From NCBI GenBank assembly GCA_963721685.1, contig CAVRJJ010000001.1:68555-132554 (forward strand): a DNA stretch of 64,000 nt, written 5' to 3'. Under the pieces are notes generated by a model that saw only the letters and a list, made by a program, of their open reading frames with translations, searched no databases and was not told where the DNA came from. Positions within the stretch are counted from its first letter, which is position 1. Every line of letters begins with the position of its first letter. Below, in pieces: positions 8,463 to 17,608 of the stretch. A program made the translations under genes and the position numbers. The DNA comes from an uncultured bacterium. Its GTDB lineage: Bacteria > Patescibacteriota > Saccharimonadia > UBA4664 > SCTI01.

Positions 8463-10091
8463 ATGAAGCCCCATCATATAAAAACCCTGCGTACACGGAT
8501 TGACGGCAGCCTCACGGATGCCAAAGCGGCGCGCCAATTCTTCGCGACCGATGGGAGCGTGTATAGTAGTATGCCGAGCGCGGTGGTCTATCCACGCCAC
8601 TTACCAGACGTGCAGGCAACGGTTGCTTATGCCCAGGAAGCGGCTACTGCCGGCAAAGGGTTCCATTTGCAGGGACGGGGGTCAGGGACAAACGCCACCG
8701 GCGCCGTGGTGGGAAGCGGAGCAATTGTATCGTTTCCAACCTATCTCAACCGGATCCTGCGTTCCACTAAAGACACTGTAACGATACAGGCCGGGGCCAC
8801 TATTGGCTCGCTCCAAACGGCGTTGCGTACCCAGGGCCGTACCTTGCTCCCGTATGGCCCCTCCCAAGACATCTCTACCATTGGCGGCGCCTTGGCGAGC
8901 CACCGTGCCAGCGGCAGGAGCTTACGCTACGGCGGCGGTGCCGGCTGGGTTAAACGGCTAAAAGTCGTATTGGACGACGGCTCGTTAATTGAAACCCGCC
9001 GCTTAAGCCGCCGCGAGGTAGAGCGTAAAAAGGGCATGATGACGCGCGAGGGAGACCTGTATCGCGGCATTGATGGCATCTTACAGGATGACGTGAGAAC
9101 TATTAAAGAAGCCGAATGGGGTGTTAATAAAAATTCAGTTGGTTATAGGCTTAGCTCGGTACGCGGCCGCGGCGGTTCAATTGACCTTACCCAACTCTTT
9201 ATCGGCTCTCAAGGCACGCTTGGGCTGATCACCGAAGCCACGTTAATTACTAGCCGGTTTGAAGCCCGCACGAACGTGATCGCCGCCAGCTACGACGATA
9301 TTGAGGCTGGCGGGGAAGCCATTTTACGTCTACTCAAGCTTCATCCCAGCCGCATCGAGTGTATTGGCCACCAGCTGCTTAGTGCTGTTTACAACCACCA
9401 GCCGCGCCTTATAACGGGCCTTTTACCGGAGGAGGTTCCCCAGCTGGTTCTGCTGGTTGAATTCGATAACGCATCGCACTTACGCCAAAACATTCTGGGC
9501 CGCCGCGCCGAGCGGCTGGTGCGCTCCACTGCCAGTGCCTATCATGCCACCACCAACCGTCACGAGCAAGCGCGGCTGTGGAACTTGCAGGCCGCCGCGA
9601 TGGTTATCGTAAATGCTAAAGAGGAGCCCGCCCGGCCTTTGCCAATTCTTAACAATGTTGGCGTCCCTATTGCAAAACTGCCGGAGTTTTTTGAGATGAC
9701 CCACAAACTGTTAAAGAAGCACAGGCTTACTGCCGCTATCTGGGGGAACATCGGTGCCGGCTTAATGCAGGTGTTTCCCTATATGACTCTTTCTAAGGCC
9801 AAAGACCGCAAGCTCGTGCCTAAACTCATGGACGAATTCTACGGCTCGGTTATTAAGATGGGGGGAACCATCGCAGGCGAAGGCGGTGACGGCTTATTGA
9901 AGGGCACTTACCTGGAGCGGCAATGCGGCCGCGAAATGGCGGATGTCTTTCACAAAGTAAAGCAACTCTGTGATCCGAACAGTATTTTTAACCCTGGCAT
10001 TAAGCTGGGAGCCACTAAGCAGAAACAGGAAGAGTTGTTGCGTTCCGAATACACCGTTGGCCATCCTTACGACCGCCTCCCGTATCGTTAA
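8463..10091 (+). CDS. FAD-linked oxidoreductase (GlcD/D-lactate dehydrogenase-like, VAO family)
   Basis: PSAVVYP, RGSGT, TIGG, FIGSQGTLGLITEATL, DPNSIFNPG. Confidence 0.88.
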   Translation: MKPHHIKTLRTRIDGSLTDAKAARQFFATDGSVYSSMPSAVVYPRHLPDVQATVAYAQEAATAGKGFHLQGRGSGTNATGAVVGSGAIVSFPTYLNRILRSTKDTVTIQAGATIGSLQTALRTQGRTLLPYGPSQDISTIGGALASHRASGRSLRYGGGAGWVKRLKVVLDDGSLIETRRLSRREVERKKGMMTREGDLYRGIDGILQDDVRTIKEAEWGVNKNSVGYRLSSVRGRGGSIDLTQLFIGSQGTLGLITEATLITSRFEARTNVIAASYDDIEAGGEAILRLLKLHPSRIECIGHQLLSAVYNHQPRLITGLLPEEVPQLVLLVEFDNASHLRQNILGRRAERLVRSTASAYHATTNRHEQARLWNLQAAAMVIVNAKEEPARPLPILNNVGVPIAKLPEFFEMTHKLLKKHRLTAAIWGNIGAGLMQVFPYMTLSKAKDRKLVPKLMDEFYGSVIKMGGTIAGEGGDGLLKGTYLERQCGREMADVFHKVKQLCDPNSIFNPGIKLGATKQKQEELLRSEYTVGHPYDRLPYR

Positions 10092-10131
10092 AAAGCATGG
10101 TACTATTTCTAGGGTCAACAAACACCGGTGC

Positions 10132-10218
10132 GCGGGCGTGGTGGAATGGTAGACACGCCAGCTTGAGGGGCTGGTGGCCGCTTAGGCCGTGGAGGTTCAA
10201 GTCCTCTCGTCCGCACCA
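10132..10218 (+). tRNA. tRNA-Leu(GAG)
   Basis: CCAGC-TTGAGGG-GCTGG anticodon arm, long variable arm, CCA. Confidence 0.96.
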
Positions 10219-10228
10219 ATAACAATTA

Positions 10229-10305
10229 GGGCGATTAGCTCAGCTGGTTAGAGCACCTCGTTTACACCGAGGGGGTCGCGGGTTCGAATCCCTCATCGCC
10301 CACCA
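10229..10305 (+). tRNA. tRNA-Val(TAC)
   Basis: CCTCG-TTTACAC-CGAGG anticodon arm, GGTTCGAATCC T arm, CCA. Confidence 0.96.
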
Positions 10306-10313
10306 TCTTACCT

Positions 10314-10589
10314 ATGAAATTAACAGAAAAAATCATCAATGAACGATTGGTGGAAATTCCAGGCTGGAAATTTTCCGATGATCGCCTGTACCGTGAATTT
10401 TCATTTAAGGATTTTGTTATCGCATTTACATTCATGATAAAAGTTGCGGAAATTGCCGAACAACGCAACCATCACCCTGATTGGACGAACATTTACAATA
10501 AAGTGACAATTCGGCTTAACACTCATGCCTTCGGAGGGGTCACGGATAAAGATTTTCAGTTAGCTAAAGAAATTAACACCTTGATTTAA
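10314..10589 (+). CDS. Pterin-4-alpha-carbinolamine dehydratase family protein
   Basis: AEQRNHHPDW, THAFGGVTDKDF motifs. Confidence 0.93.
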   Translation: MKLTEKIINERLVEIPGWKFSDDRLYREFSFKDFVIAFTFMIKVAEIAEQRNHHPDWTNIYNKVTIRLNTHAFGGVTDKDFQLAKEINTLI

Positions 10590-10639
10590 TTGAAAAGCGA
10601 CACTATTTTCGCTATTATCTCTAGGTCGCGTTAGTACTC

Positions 10640-10715
10640 GGCGAGATAGCTCAGTTGGTAGAGCAGTGGCTTGAAGAGCCTCGTGTCCTCGGTTCGAGTC
10701 CGAGTCTCGCCACCA
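10640..10715 (+). tRNA. tRNA-Phe(GAA)
   Basis: GGCGAGA/TCTCGCC acceptor stem, anticodon loop TTGAAGA (one T-T mismatch in stem), CCA. Confidence 0.93.
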
Positions 10716-10726
10716 AATATACACAT

Positions 10727-10802
10727 GCGGGTGTAGCTCAGCTGATAGAGCGCTTCCTTGCCAAGGAAGAGGTCCAGGGTTTGAGTCCCTGTACCCGCAC
10801 CA
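10727..10802 (+). tRNA. tRNA-Gly(GCC)
   Basis: CTTCC-TTGCCAA-GGAAG anticodon arm, GCGGGTG/TACCCGC acceptor stem, CCA; variant T loop TTTGAGT. Confidence 0.94.
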
Positions 10803-10953
10803 AAACGAATTTATAGATACTGCGCATCTTAATGGTGTGCTTTATTTTTTACGCTTATCTGTTAACGGTTTTAGTCTCGATTTCAACATTACTAACAAGC
10901 ATATATTTAAACTGGAAACTGTTGTAAGATGTCTTTTTTGTTATCATTATTCT

Positions 10954-11466
10954 ATGCCTCAAACAAAAGATTTAATCGTTAACCATATATTTAATGCCCC
11001 AATCGAAAAAGTCTGGCAAGTCTGGACAGCAGAAAGATTCGTACAACGGTGGTGGGGAGTAGATGGCTTTACGAATATTTTGGCAAAAATGGATGTGCGT
11101 GAAAGCGGCATTTCGCATGTAGGAATGCGCGCCTCTAAAGAATACGGTGGATTGGATTATTACAATGTCTTTGAATATACACAAGTTGTTCCGCACAAGC
11201 TCATTAAATTCATAAGTAATTTTGCGGACGAGCAAGGAAATATAATTCCCCCCACACAAGCAGGCTTACCTGCAGAGACAGCTATGAATAAAAAACAGCA
11301 AGTTGAATTCGAAGCATTAGATGATACAAAAACCAAGGTCACTATTACAGAGTTTGGGTGGCTCGCAGACGGTATAATGCTTGAACGATCGCGGCGTGGA
11401 CTTGAGCAAACCTTATTAAACATTGATAAAGTATTAGAGGATGTAACGTCATGGACAAAGCAATAA
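10954..11466 (+). CDS. SRPBCC/AHSA1 (activator of Hsp90 ATPase 1-like) domain protein
   Basis: FNAPIEKVWQVWT...RWWG, DVRESG motifs; start taken at ATG 10954. Confidence 0.88.
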   Translation: MPQTKDLIVNHIFNAPIEKVWQVWTAERFVQRWWGVDGFTNILAKMDVRESGISHVGMRASKEYGGLDYYNVFEYTQVVPHKLIKFISNFADEQGNIIPPTQAGLPAETAMNKKQQVEFEALDDTKTKVTITEFGWLADGIMLERSRRGLEQTLLNIDKVLEDVTSWTKQ

Positions 11467-12240
11467 ATGAATAAGACTAATTCTCAAGACGCAACAACTA
11501 TTGCCTTTGATAAAAAAGGCCAAGGACCGCTATTGATTTTGGTACTTGGAGCCTTGAACAGGCGTAGCCAAGGAAAAAAACTTACCGAGCTACTTTCTGA
11601 CCAATTCACTGTAGTGAGTTATGACCGGCGCGGTCGAGGTGACAGCACTGATACGCTGCCCTACACAATCAATAAAGAAGTTGAAGATATTGAAACATTA
11701 ATCAATGAATTAGGCGGGGAGGCGTACTTGTACGGACACTCATCAGGCTGCGTACTTGCACTCATGGTAGCAAAAGAACTAGGCGGCAAAGTTAAAGGCT
11801 TAGTACTGTATGAACTCCCGTATAACGCTGATCCAGCCGCTAAGACTGCTTCAGAAGTTTACAGAAAAGAACTTAAACGGCTCCTCGATGAAGATAATCG
11901 TGACGACGCGGTTGCCTTATTTGTAAAATCGGTGGGAGTAAGTGATAAGCAAATTGCAGCCATGGAACGTTTACCTATGTGGAAAGGTTTGACTGCCATG
12001 GCTCATACACTTGCTTATGACACTATCGAGCTTATGGAACAGTACCCAAAACTAGATACTAAAACCATAGATACAAGATCATTAGTCTTATATGGGGCTA
12101 ACAGCCCTGACTTCATGGGCGAGACAGCAAAGAAACTTTCAGAGACCATGCCTAATGCTCAGCTCCGTTCTCTTGACGGACAGTCTCACGATGTTAAGGC
12201 TGATGTTATCGCTCCGGTGTTGGCTAAATTTCTTCTTTAA
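11467..12240 (+). CDS. Alpha/beta hydrolase
   Basis: YDRRGRGDS, GHSSG nucleophile elbow, GQSHD His. Confidence 0.92.
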   Translation: MNKTNSQDATTIAFDKKGQGPLLILVLGALNRRSQGKKLTELLSDQFTVVSYDRRGRGDSTDTLPYTINKEVEDIETLINELGGEAYLYGHSSGCVLALMVAKELGGKVKGLVLYELPYNADPAAKTASEVYRKELKRLLDEDNRDDAVALFVKSVGVSDKQIAAMERLPMWKGLTAMAHTLAYDTIELMEQYPKLDTKTIDTRSLVLYGANSPDFMGETAKKLSETMPNAQLRSLDGQSHDVKADVIAPVLAKFLL

Positions 12241-12342
12241 AATTCATAGCGGAATACAGCCTAACTCAAGTAGTAGTAATACTTTTTGTATCTGTTAATA
12301 TGGTTATAACTTCAGCAACCGTGCTGCACCATTCGCAACTTT

Positions 12343-12365
12343 GAGCCCATTTAGGGCTCTTTTTT
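12343..12365 (+). terminator. Intrinsic terminator-like hairpin
   Basis: GAGCCC-ATTTA-GGGCTC followed by a T run. Confidence 0.7.
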
Positions 12366-12525
12366 ATCTGTTAATTCTGGGTTTTTAACACCTCTTATTC
12401 CTAGCAGAAGGAGTTAAGACGAAAAGTTTAGAAAGAAGGCTGCTTATTAGAGAAGATGATGGAAATAAGAATGCGTTTTAACCTAATTACCACAATGCCA
12501 TATTCAAACTGTTATATTCAAAACC

Positions 12526-12747
12526 ATGATTAAACTATTAAAAAAGAAATCGTTAATAATTGTTATTTCTCTTTTTATAGTATGCGGAAGACTTATTGCA
12601 TATTATGCAAATAACAAAAATGTTCCACTTATCAAGAAATACCCAAAAACAAAATTTAGTAGTGGATACGAGCAAAACGCTTTTATCTACAGCTGTTCCA
12701 AAGAAATAGAGTGTATATTACACTGGTGTAACAAATCACGAATTTAA
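12526..12747 (+). CDS. Hypothetical protein with N-terminal hydrophobic segment (possibly the 5' part of a disrupted gene continuing in 12767-13159)
   Basis: 73-aa ORF; Lys-rich start then hydrophobic stretch. Confidence 0.35.
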   Translation: MIKLLKKKSLIIVISLFIVCGRLIAYYANNKNVPLIKKYPKTKFSSGYEQNAFIYSCSKEIECILHWCNKSRI

Positions 12748-12766
12748 GGGTGGCGGACCAGAGTAT

Positions 12767-13159
12767 TTGCCAGTTAGCCAAGAGGAAGCTAAAAAATACT
12801 GCAGAAGCGAAGGAGTCATTGAGTATCGTGCAGTATTTGATATCCTTAAAAGAGAAGACGTTAGTAGTATCATTGCTAAATATGACACGACGCAAGCTTG
12901 GGTCAGGGCTCTTGGCCATAAATATATACACGCCAAGGAATACCTAAAGCGTATATTGCCTGCATATAGCGATATGAAGATAGACTGCATTATCGTGGTG
13001 CACTCGCCAGAAAGTACTAGATTCTTCATCGAGGATGGTGAAAAACACAAAAGCCATCATGACCATCATTACCGCGAAGTTCCAGCTCAAGAATTTCTGA
13101 CATCACTCAATAATGCACCAGACACAGACGTAACTAGCTTTTGGCTAGGCTTGCATTAA
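12767..13159 (+). CDS. Hypothetical protein with His-rich patch (HKSHHDHH)
   Basis: 130-aa ORF in AT-rich island; no family recognised. Confidence 0.5.
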   Translation: MPVSQEEAKKYCRSEGVIEYRAVFDILKREDVSSIIAKYDTTQAWVRALGHKYIHAKEYLKRILPAYSDMKIDCIIVVHSPESTRFFIEDGEKHKSHHDHHYREVPAQEFLTSLNNAPDTDVTSFWLGLH

Positions 13160-13174
13160 GCCACGTCCAGCAAA

Positions 13175-13217
13175 TCTCTAAGAAGTAATGTTTTACTTTC
13201 GTAGCTAATAGCGCACC
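13175..13217. repeat. 43-bp direct repeat, copy 1 (att-like arm ending in GCGCACC)
   Basis: 37/43 identical to 14222-14264 by manual alignment. Confidence 0.85.
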
Positions 13218-13312
13218 ATTGAAATCACCAAGATTTACATCTGTTAAGTACCGACAAAATTGGTGTTTTTAACTAAACCCAAACAGAACTCAAACGCACC
13301 CTTTTGTTATAG

Positions 13313-13735
13313 TTAGTAATTTAGAAATAGATTAAATATAACGAGTAGTCCGACGCTCGCTACGACAGTCGGAATTGCGATAAATGAACTTAAATACCCT
13401 GCAAAGCCCTGCGACAAAGCTGCGGCTGAGGCAATGCCACCAGCAACCATAGCAAGACCAATTAGTACATTTAGCCACCGCTTGCCGAAGGCATTGTGCT
13501 AATACACAGAAACGCTGGCACTTACTGGATAGGGCCCAGCCAGCTCCCTGTATGAAAAGGCTGTGAACGCAGCAGTAATCGTTGCGATTAAGAAAGCCAG
13601 TGTGATACTGGTTCCAGCAAATCCAGCAACTTTTCCTACCAGAACATCAATACCCGCCCCGAGTATATTACCCAGACCATATAAGGTAACGAGCGGAAGA
13701 CCGAGCGACCGTTTTAACTTTACGCTACTGCTCAT
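13313..13735 (-). pseudogene. APC-family amino acid permease, truncated pseudogene
   Basis: LKRSLGL...YGLGNILGAGI...SYRELA motifs; in-frame TAG at 13499-13501, homology continues (HNAFGKRW...ALSQGFAGYL) then ends near 13313. Confidence 0.85.
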
Positions 13736-13845
13736 GCTTTTTATTCTAACAGTTCACAGGCTTATATTATGGGCTACAGACCTTTAAACCAACATGCTTG
13801 AGATGGTTACTTGTTTTGTTTAAGTGCGACAGTTGCCACACAAAA

Positions 13846-13874
13846 TTGACATACGTATGGTATGGTGGTACAAT
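13846..13874 (+). promoter_or_regulatory. Near-consensus sigma70 promoter
   Basis: TTGACA-17 bp-TACAAT with TG extension. Confidence 0.75.
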
Positions 13875-13898
13875 ATACAATACTGTTTAGGAGATGTA

Positions 13899-14162
13899 AT
13901 GTTTGAGGTTCTAAAAAACTCGCTTAATAGCTGGAATGTACAAAAGAGCGAACGACAAAAGCTACAGCATGCTTATTTAGCTTTGACTGTATTGGTAGTA
14001 TTGCTTGCAGGGATTATAAGCCTATTTGACGGTGAGCTGGGCCATAACATAGTGCTTGTGGCGCTAATTGCTATTGGAGCTTACTTTGTAAATTCAATTG
14101 TGTGGAATCTGTTGCAGGCTTCATTGCTTGATAAGCTATCAACTAAACCCAAAAGAAAATAA
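13899..14162 (+). CDS. Small 2-TM hypothetical membrane protein
   Basis: AGGAG RBS, ERQKLQHAYL then two hydrophobic helices. Confidence 0.75.
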   Translation: MFEVLKNSLNSWNVQKSERQKLQHAYLALTVLVVLLAGIISLFDGELGHNIVLVALIAIGAYFVNSIVWNLLQASLLDKLSTKPKRK

Positions 14163-14174
14163 GAATATTTAGCT

Positions 14175-14200
14175 AATTAGGAACATGGGAGTTCCTAATT
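14175..14200 (+). terminator. Hairpin after the 2-TM gene
   Basis: AATTAGGAAC-6 nt-GTTCCTAATT perfect 10-bp stem. Confidence 0.6.
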
Positions 14201-14221
14201 TATTCGGTAGATTTCTGGTAT

Positions 14222-14264
14222 TCTCTAAGAAATAGCGTTTTACTTTCGTAGCTTAACGCGCACC
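14222..14264. repeat. 43-bp direct repeat, copy 2 (att-like arm ending in GCGCACC)
   Basis: 37/43 identical to 13175-13217. Confidence 0.85.
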
Positions 14265-14278
14265 GAATGGGAATTATC

Positions 14279-14301
14279 GGACGCTTCTGTGTCCTTTTTT
14301 T
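14279..14301 (+). terminator. Intrinsic terminator-like hairpin
   Basis: GGACGC-TTCT-GTGTCC followed by T7. Confidence 0.65.
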
Positions 14302-14378
14302 ATTGTTGTTAATCTGTGGAAGAGTATTGAATGTTAAAATCAGATAGGAACTAACTTAAATGAAAGCGAGTATATAAA

Positions 14379-14759
14379 ATGGCAAAATATGTTGATGGTT
14401 TTGTACTGGTAGTTCCTAAAGGAAAAGAAGCTGAATACCAGAAAATGGCAGAAGAAGGGCGTGATTCATGGATGAAGCACGGTGCGCTTCAATACTTTGA
14501 ATGCAGAGGTGATGATCTGAAGCAGCAGGAAATGGGTGATCATAAATCACGTGCTTATAAAGAAATGGCTGGTGCGGGTGACGATGAAAACGTCTGGTTC
14601 TCATTTATTGTTTTTGAATCTAAAGAACATCGCGATGAAGTAAACAAGAAAGTTATTGCTGAGATGGATGAAACATATAGCGATCAGACTGACTTTGAAA
14701 TGCCGAACGATATGAAGAAAATGGCGTACGGTGGCTTTGCGGTAGCAGTTGAGGGTTAA
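14379..14759 (+). CDS. DUF1428 (YbaA-like) protein
   Basis: YVDGFVLVVP, HGALQYFEC, EHRDEVN, MAYGGF. Confidence 0.92.
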   Translation: MAKYVDGFVLVVPKGKEAEYQKMAEEGRDSWMKHGALQYFECRGDDLKQQEMGDHKSRAYKEMAGAGDDENVWFSFIVFESKEHRDEVNKKVIAEMDETYSDQTDFEMPNDMKKMAYGGFAVAVEG

Positions 14760-14869
14760 GATCAAAAATATGGAGAAGGGATTTAGAAATGTCTTATATA
14801 AAAGCTAAAAGCCTATAAAATTAGCAGATATGAAATTAATAAAATCTAATCTAAAAAGAATGGATAACG

Positions 14870-15661
14870 TTGGCATCGTGGTTCGGGAAAAGTTCGCTGA
14901 TTAACCAAACGTTTGTGAAGGCCTATCCCGATGCAATCATGATTGACCAGTCGGGCGTGGGTGTAAACAGCCGCTCGAACCCAGCTACCTACACCGGAAT
15001 CATGGACGTGATCCGCAAAATTTTCGCGTTGGCAAATAAGGTCGACGCCTCATTATTTAGCTTCAACTCGAAAGGCGGTTGCGAAAACTGCCAGGGGACG
15101 GGATATGTCGCGACCGACTTGGCATTTTTAGATGAAGCGAAACTGGTTTGTGAAATCTGCGAAGGAAAGCGCTTCAAGGAGGAGGTGCTTGCGTATACCT
15201 TCAATAGTAAAACTATCACCGATGTTCTTGCTATGACCATTGCTGAATCCTTGGAATTCTTTGAAGACAAGGAAATCAGCAAGAAGCTGCGGGCGATGAA
15301 TGATGTTGAGCTGGACTACCTGACCCTGGGGCAGCCGCTTAGTACGCTGTCTGGCGGTGAATGCCAGCGCCTCAAATTGGCGGGCGAACTGCACAAAAAA
15401 GGCAGCATTTACGTTATGGATGAACCGACAACTGGCCTGCATACCTCCGACATCCAGCATCTGCTGGATATTATGAACCGTCTGGTTGATGGCGGGGACA
15501 CCGTTGTTGTCATCGAACATAATCTTGGCGTTATCAGGCAGGCGGATTGGCTTATCGATATGGGGCCGGAAGGCGGCAAACGCGGAGGCAAAGTCTTGTT
15601 TGAAGGAATCCCCGCTGACCTTAAAAGCTCCAAAGATTCCTTCACCGCCCAGTATATTTAG
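14870..15661 (+). pseudogene. UvrA-family (class II/DrrC-like) ABC ATPase, C-terminal half only with degenerate Walker A
   Basis: GKSSLI, SNPATYTG, CENCQG...CEICEG Zn finger, LSGGECQRLKLA, MDEPTTGLH; N-terminal half absent. Confidence 0.82.
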
Positions 15662-15785
15662 AGGGGTGTTTCTTGCTTCGTATAAAAAGGGATGTGAAGA
15701 CAAGGCTGGCTCTTTTGGCAAAAGTTTTCGATAGAAGCTTTGAGAATATTCTTCCTGCTTTGTTTTTAGCGTATAATTTCAGTAT

Positions 15786-16031
15786 ATGAGTAACGATGAA
15801 AGCACTAGGCTATTCAATTATATTGCTAAACGTTTTGATCATATCGATAGGTCATTGGAGGAAAAGGCCAGTGCCTCTGATATGCGTAGAGTATTAGATC
15901 TACTAGATGCACAGGCCAAACGCCAGGAAATCTCAGATGACGAAAGGATTGTCATGGGGCATCAGCTCGATCGCTTAAATCGCTGGACGCATGAACTGGC
16001 TAAGAAGATTGGGCATGAGCTTTCCAGCTAA
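15786..16031 (+). CDS. Small coiled-coil hypothetical protein
   Basis: 81-aa ORF with TATAAT 8 nt upstream of the ATG. Confidence 0.7.
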   Translation: MSNDESTRLFNYIAKRFDHIDRSLEEKASASDMRRVLDLLDAQAKRQEISDDERIVMGHQLDRLNRWTHELAKKIGHELSS

Positions 16032-16105
16032 TCATTTCAGATCTTGCTAAGCAATAACGTTAAGTCTTAACTTATAGAAAAGCCTTTTTGCTATACTTAT
16101 ATCCC

Positions 16106-16837
16106 ATGAAAGGCAAAATAATTTTAATCACTGGTTCATCCCGAGGCATTGGGGCAGCCACGGCTAAGCTAGCTGTTGAACGGGGCGCCAAAGTTATACT
16201 TCATGGCAGCAAGCAAACAGAAGGGCTTAAGAAGTTTGCCCGCTCCCTGGGCTGTGACTATATTGTAGGGGATGTCTCGGATAAACCGGCAATTCAGAAA
16301 GCAATAACTACTGCGATTGAACGCATAGGCAGGATTGACGTGCTTATAAATAGTGCTGGCATTGTTGTTCCTAAGCCATTTCTTGAAAGTGATGATGAAA
16401 ATTGGCTCAATCAGTTTAGCGTTAATGTTCTGGGTGTTGTGCACTGCGTCCAGGCTGTTATTCCCTATATGCAAAAGGCAGACACTGGTCGCATAGTGAA
16501 TGTTTCCTCAACTCGCGGCCATGCGTCTTTGGCGGCGGGGAGGAATACCGCGTATTCGGCCAGTAAAGCAGCGGTAATAAACCTCACGTCGTCTCTGGCT
16601 AAAGAATACGCCCCAAACATAGCCGTAAACGCGGTTTCCCCTAGTTTTACGTTAACCGATATCAGCGAGACCTGGAATGATACGGTTTGGAAACAGGTTG
16701 AGATGTCGCTTTTGGGCCGGGTGGCTCAGCCTAAAGAGATTGCGCAAGCTATCTTATTCCTGGCTAGCGACCAAGCCAGCTTCATTACCGGGCAAACATT
16801 GCTTGTAGATGGTGGGTATGAGATATCCGGGAAATAG
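16106..16837 (+). CDS. Short-chain dehydrogenase/reductase (classical SDR)
   Basis: TGSSRGIG, NSAG, YSASK, VDGG. Confidence 0.94.
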   Translation: MKGKIILITGSSRGIGAATAKLAVERGAKVILHGSKQTEGLKKFARSLGCDYIVGDVSDKPAIQKAITTAIERIGRIDVLINSAGIVVPKPFLESDDENWLNQFSVNVLGVVHCVQAVIPYMQKADTGRIVNVSSTRGHASLAAGRNTAYSASKAAVINLTSSLAKEYAPNIAVNAVSPSFTLTDISETWNDTVWKQVEMSLLGRVAQPKEIAQAILFLASDQASFITGQTLLVDGGYEISGK

Positions 16838-16859
16838 CTCCATTCAAACTTAGGCCTCG

Positions 16860-17555
16860 CTACTTATCATGGCTCTTTTGCCGACATACAAATACTAAAC
16901 TTATCACCTGAAAGATAACGACTGTAAGAACCAAAATAATGAAGCGGCCACGGGTTTCTGTGGAGATCAGGTAGCCAAATAGATCAGCCACTATGTCATA
17001 AGGGTGCGTAACACCTTCCCAACTGTTCCATCGCCCAAAGCGGCCAATGTACACGCCGGCGGCCGAGAGCAGCATAATCAGCACTATAGCTGTGTTAGTA
17101 AGGAGCGGTGAGGTGCGTTTCTTGAAGTAATTATAGGCGTGGTAGAGCGCCAAGCCGCCCACATAAGCACCAAAAGCGGTAGCCGCGAACAGTATGAGCG
17201 TGTCGTACACATAAAGACCCGAGCCGCGCTCATAAAACAAGGAGTAGGTTTTAGTGTCGTGGCGGGCATTAACTACGACACTTGAGTTTAAATGCATAAA
17301 ATCAGTGATGATATAGAAGGCATTGGGTAAGAATAGCAGCCATAAACCGGCTGCCGCTAACGAACTAATTTTAGCAATCCACCCGGTAAGGTGGTGCTGA
17401 ATAACCGGAAATACTCGTGCAATTAAGAGGGGAACCGACGCTAAAAAGATATTCCAAACAATGAAGTCGTAGCGGAGGTTGCCGGTAATCACGATACGAA
17501 GGAGGTATAGCAAGATAATTGCTGCAGCGCTTATGAGAATTCCTGAACGTAGCAT
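16860..17555 (-). CDS. DUF1361 membrane protein
   Basis: WNIFLA, WLLFLPNAFYIITDFMHL, GVYIGRFGRWNSW. Confidence 0.88.
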   Translation of the reverse strand: MLRSGILISAAAIILLYLLRIVITGNLRYDFIVWNIFLASVPLLIARVFPVIQHHLTGWIAKISSLAAAGLWLLFLPNAFYIITDFMHLNSSVVVNARHDTKTYSLFYERGSGLYVYDTLILFAATAFGAYVGGLALYHAYNYFKKRTSPLLTNTAIVLIMLLSAAGVYIGRFGRWNSWEGVTHPYDIVADLFGYLISTETRGRFIILVLTVVIFQVISLVFVCRQKSHDK

Positions 17556-17608
17556 TGATAGTAGTATCTCATAAATCAACATGCCGGGCCGTTTGCTACA
17601 ATGACGGC

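Larger units (their letters stand above)
10803..14870. mobile_element. AT-rich accessory island at the tRNA-Gly 3' end with repeated att-like junctions; no recombinase retained; right boundary uncertain (possibly to ~18089)
   Basis: Visible drop in GC right after the tRNA, pseudogenes, GCACC core repeated at 12326, 13213 and 14260. Confidence 0.65.

Noticed and set aside
13190-13217. Minus-strand GGTGCGC...GTAAAAC resembles an E. coli dif (XerC/XerD) site
   Set aside because: The XerD-like arm matches only about 6/11 and lacks TTAT; GGTGCG is better explained as the complement of the tRNA-Gly 3' end.
13499-13501. TAG readthrough or alternative genetic code in the permease gene
   Set aside because: The gene also ends after about 140 codons, and TAG and TGA act as normal stops in many conserved genes here, so it is a pseudogene.
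10803-14870. Classical integron with attC sites
   Set aside because: No intI in the window and no RYYYAAC...GTTRRRY-bounded palindromes after the ORFs; the junctions have a different structure.
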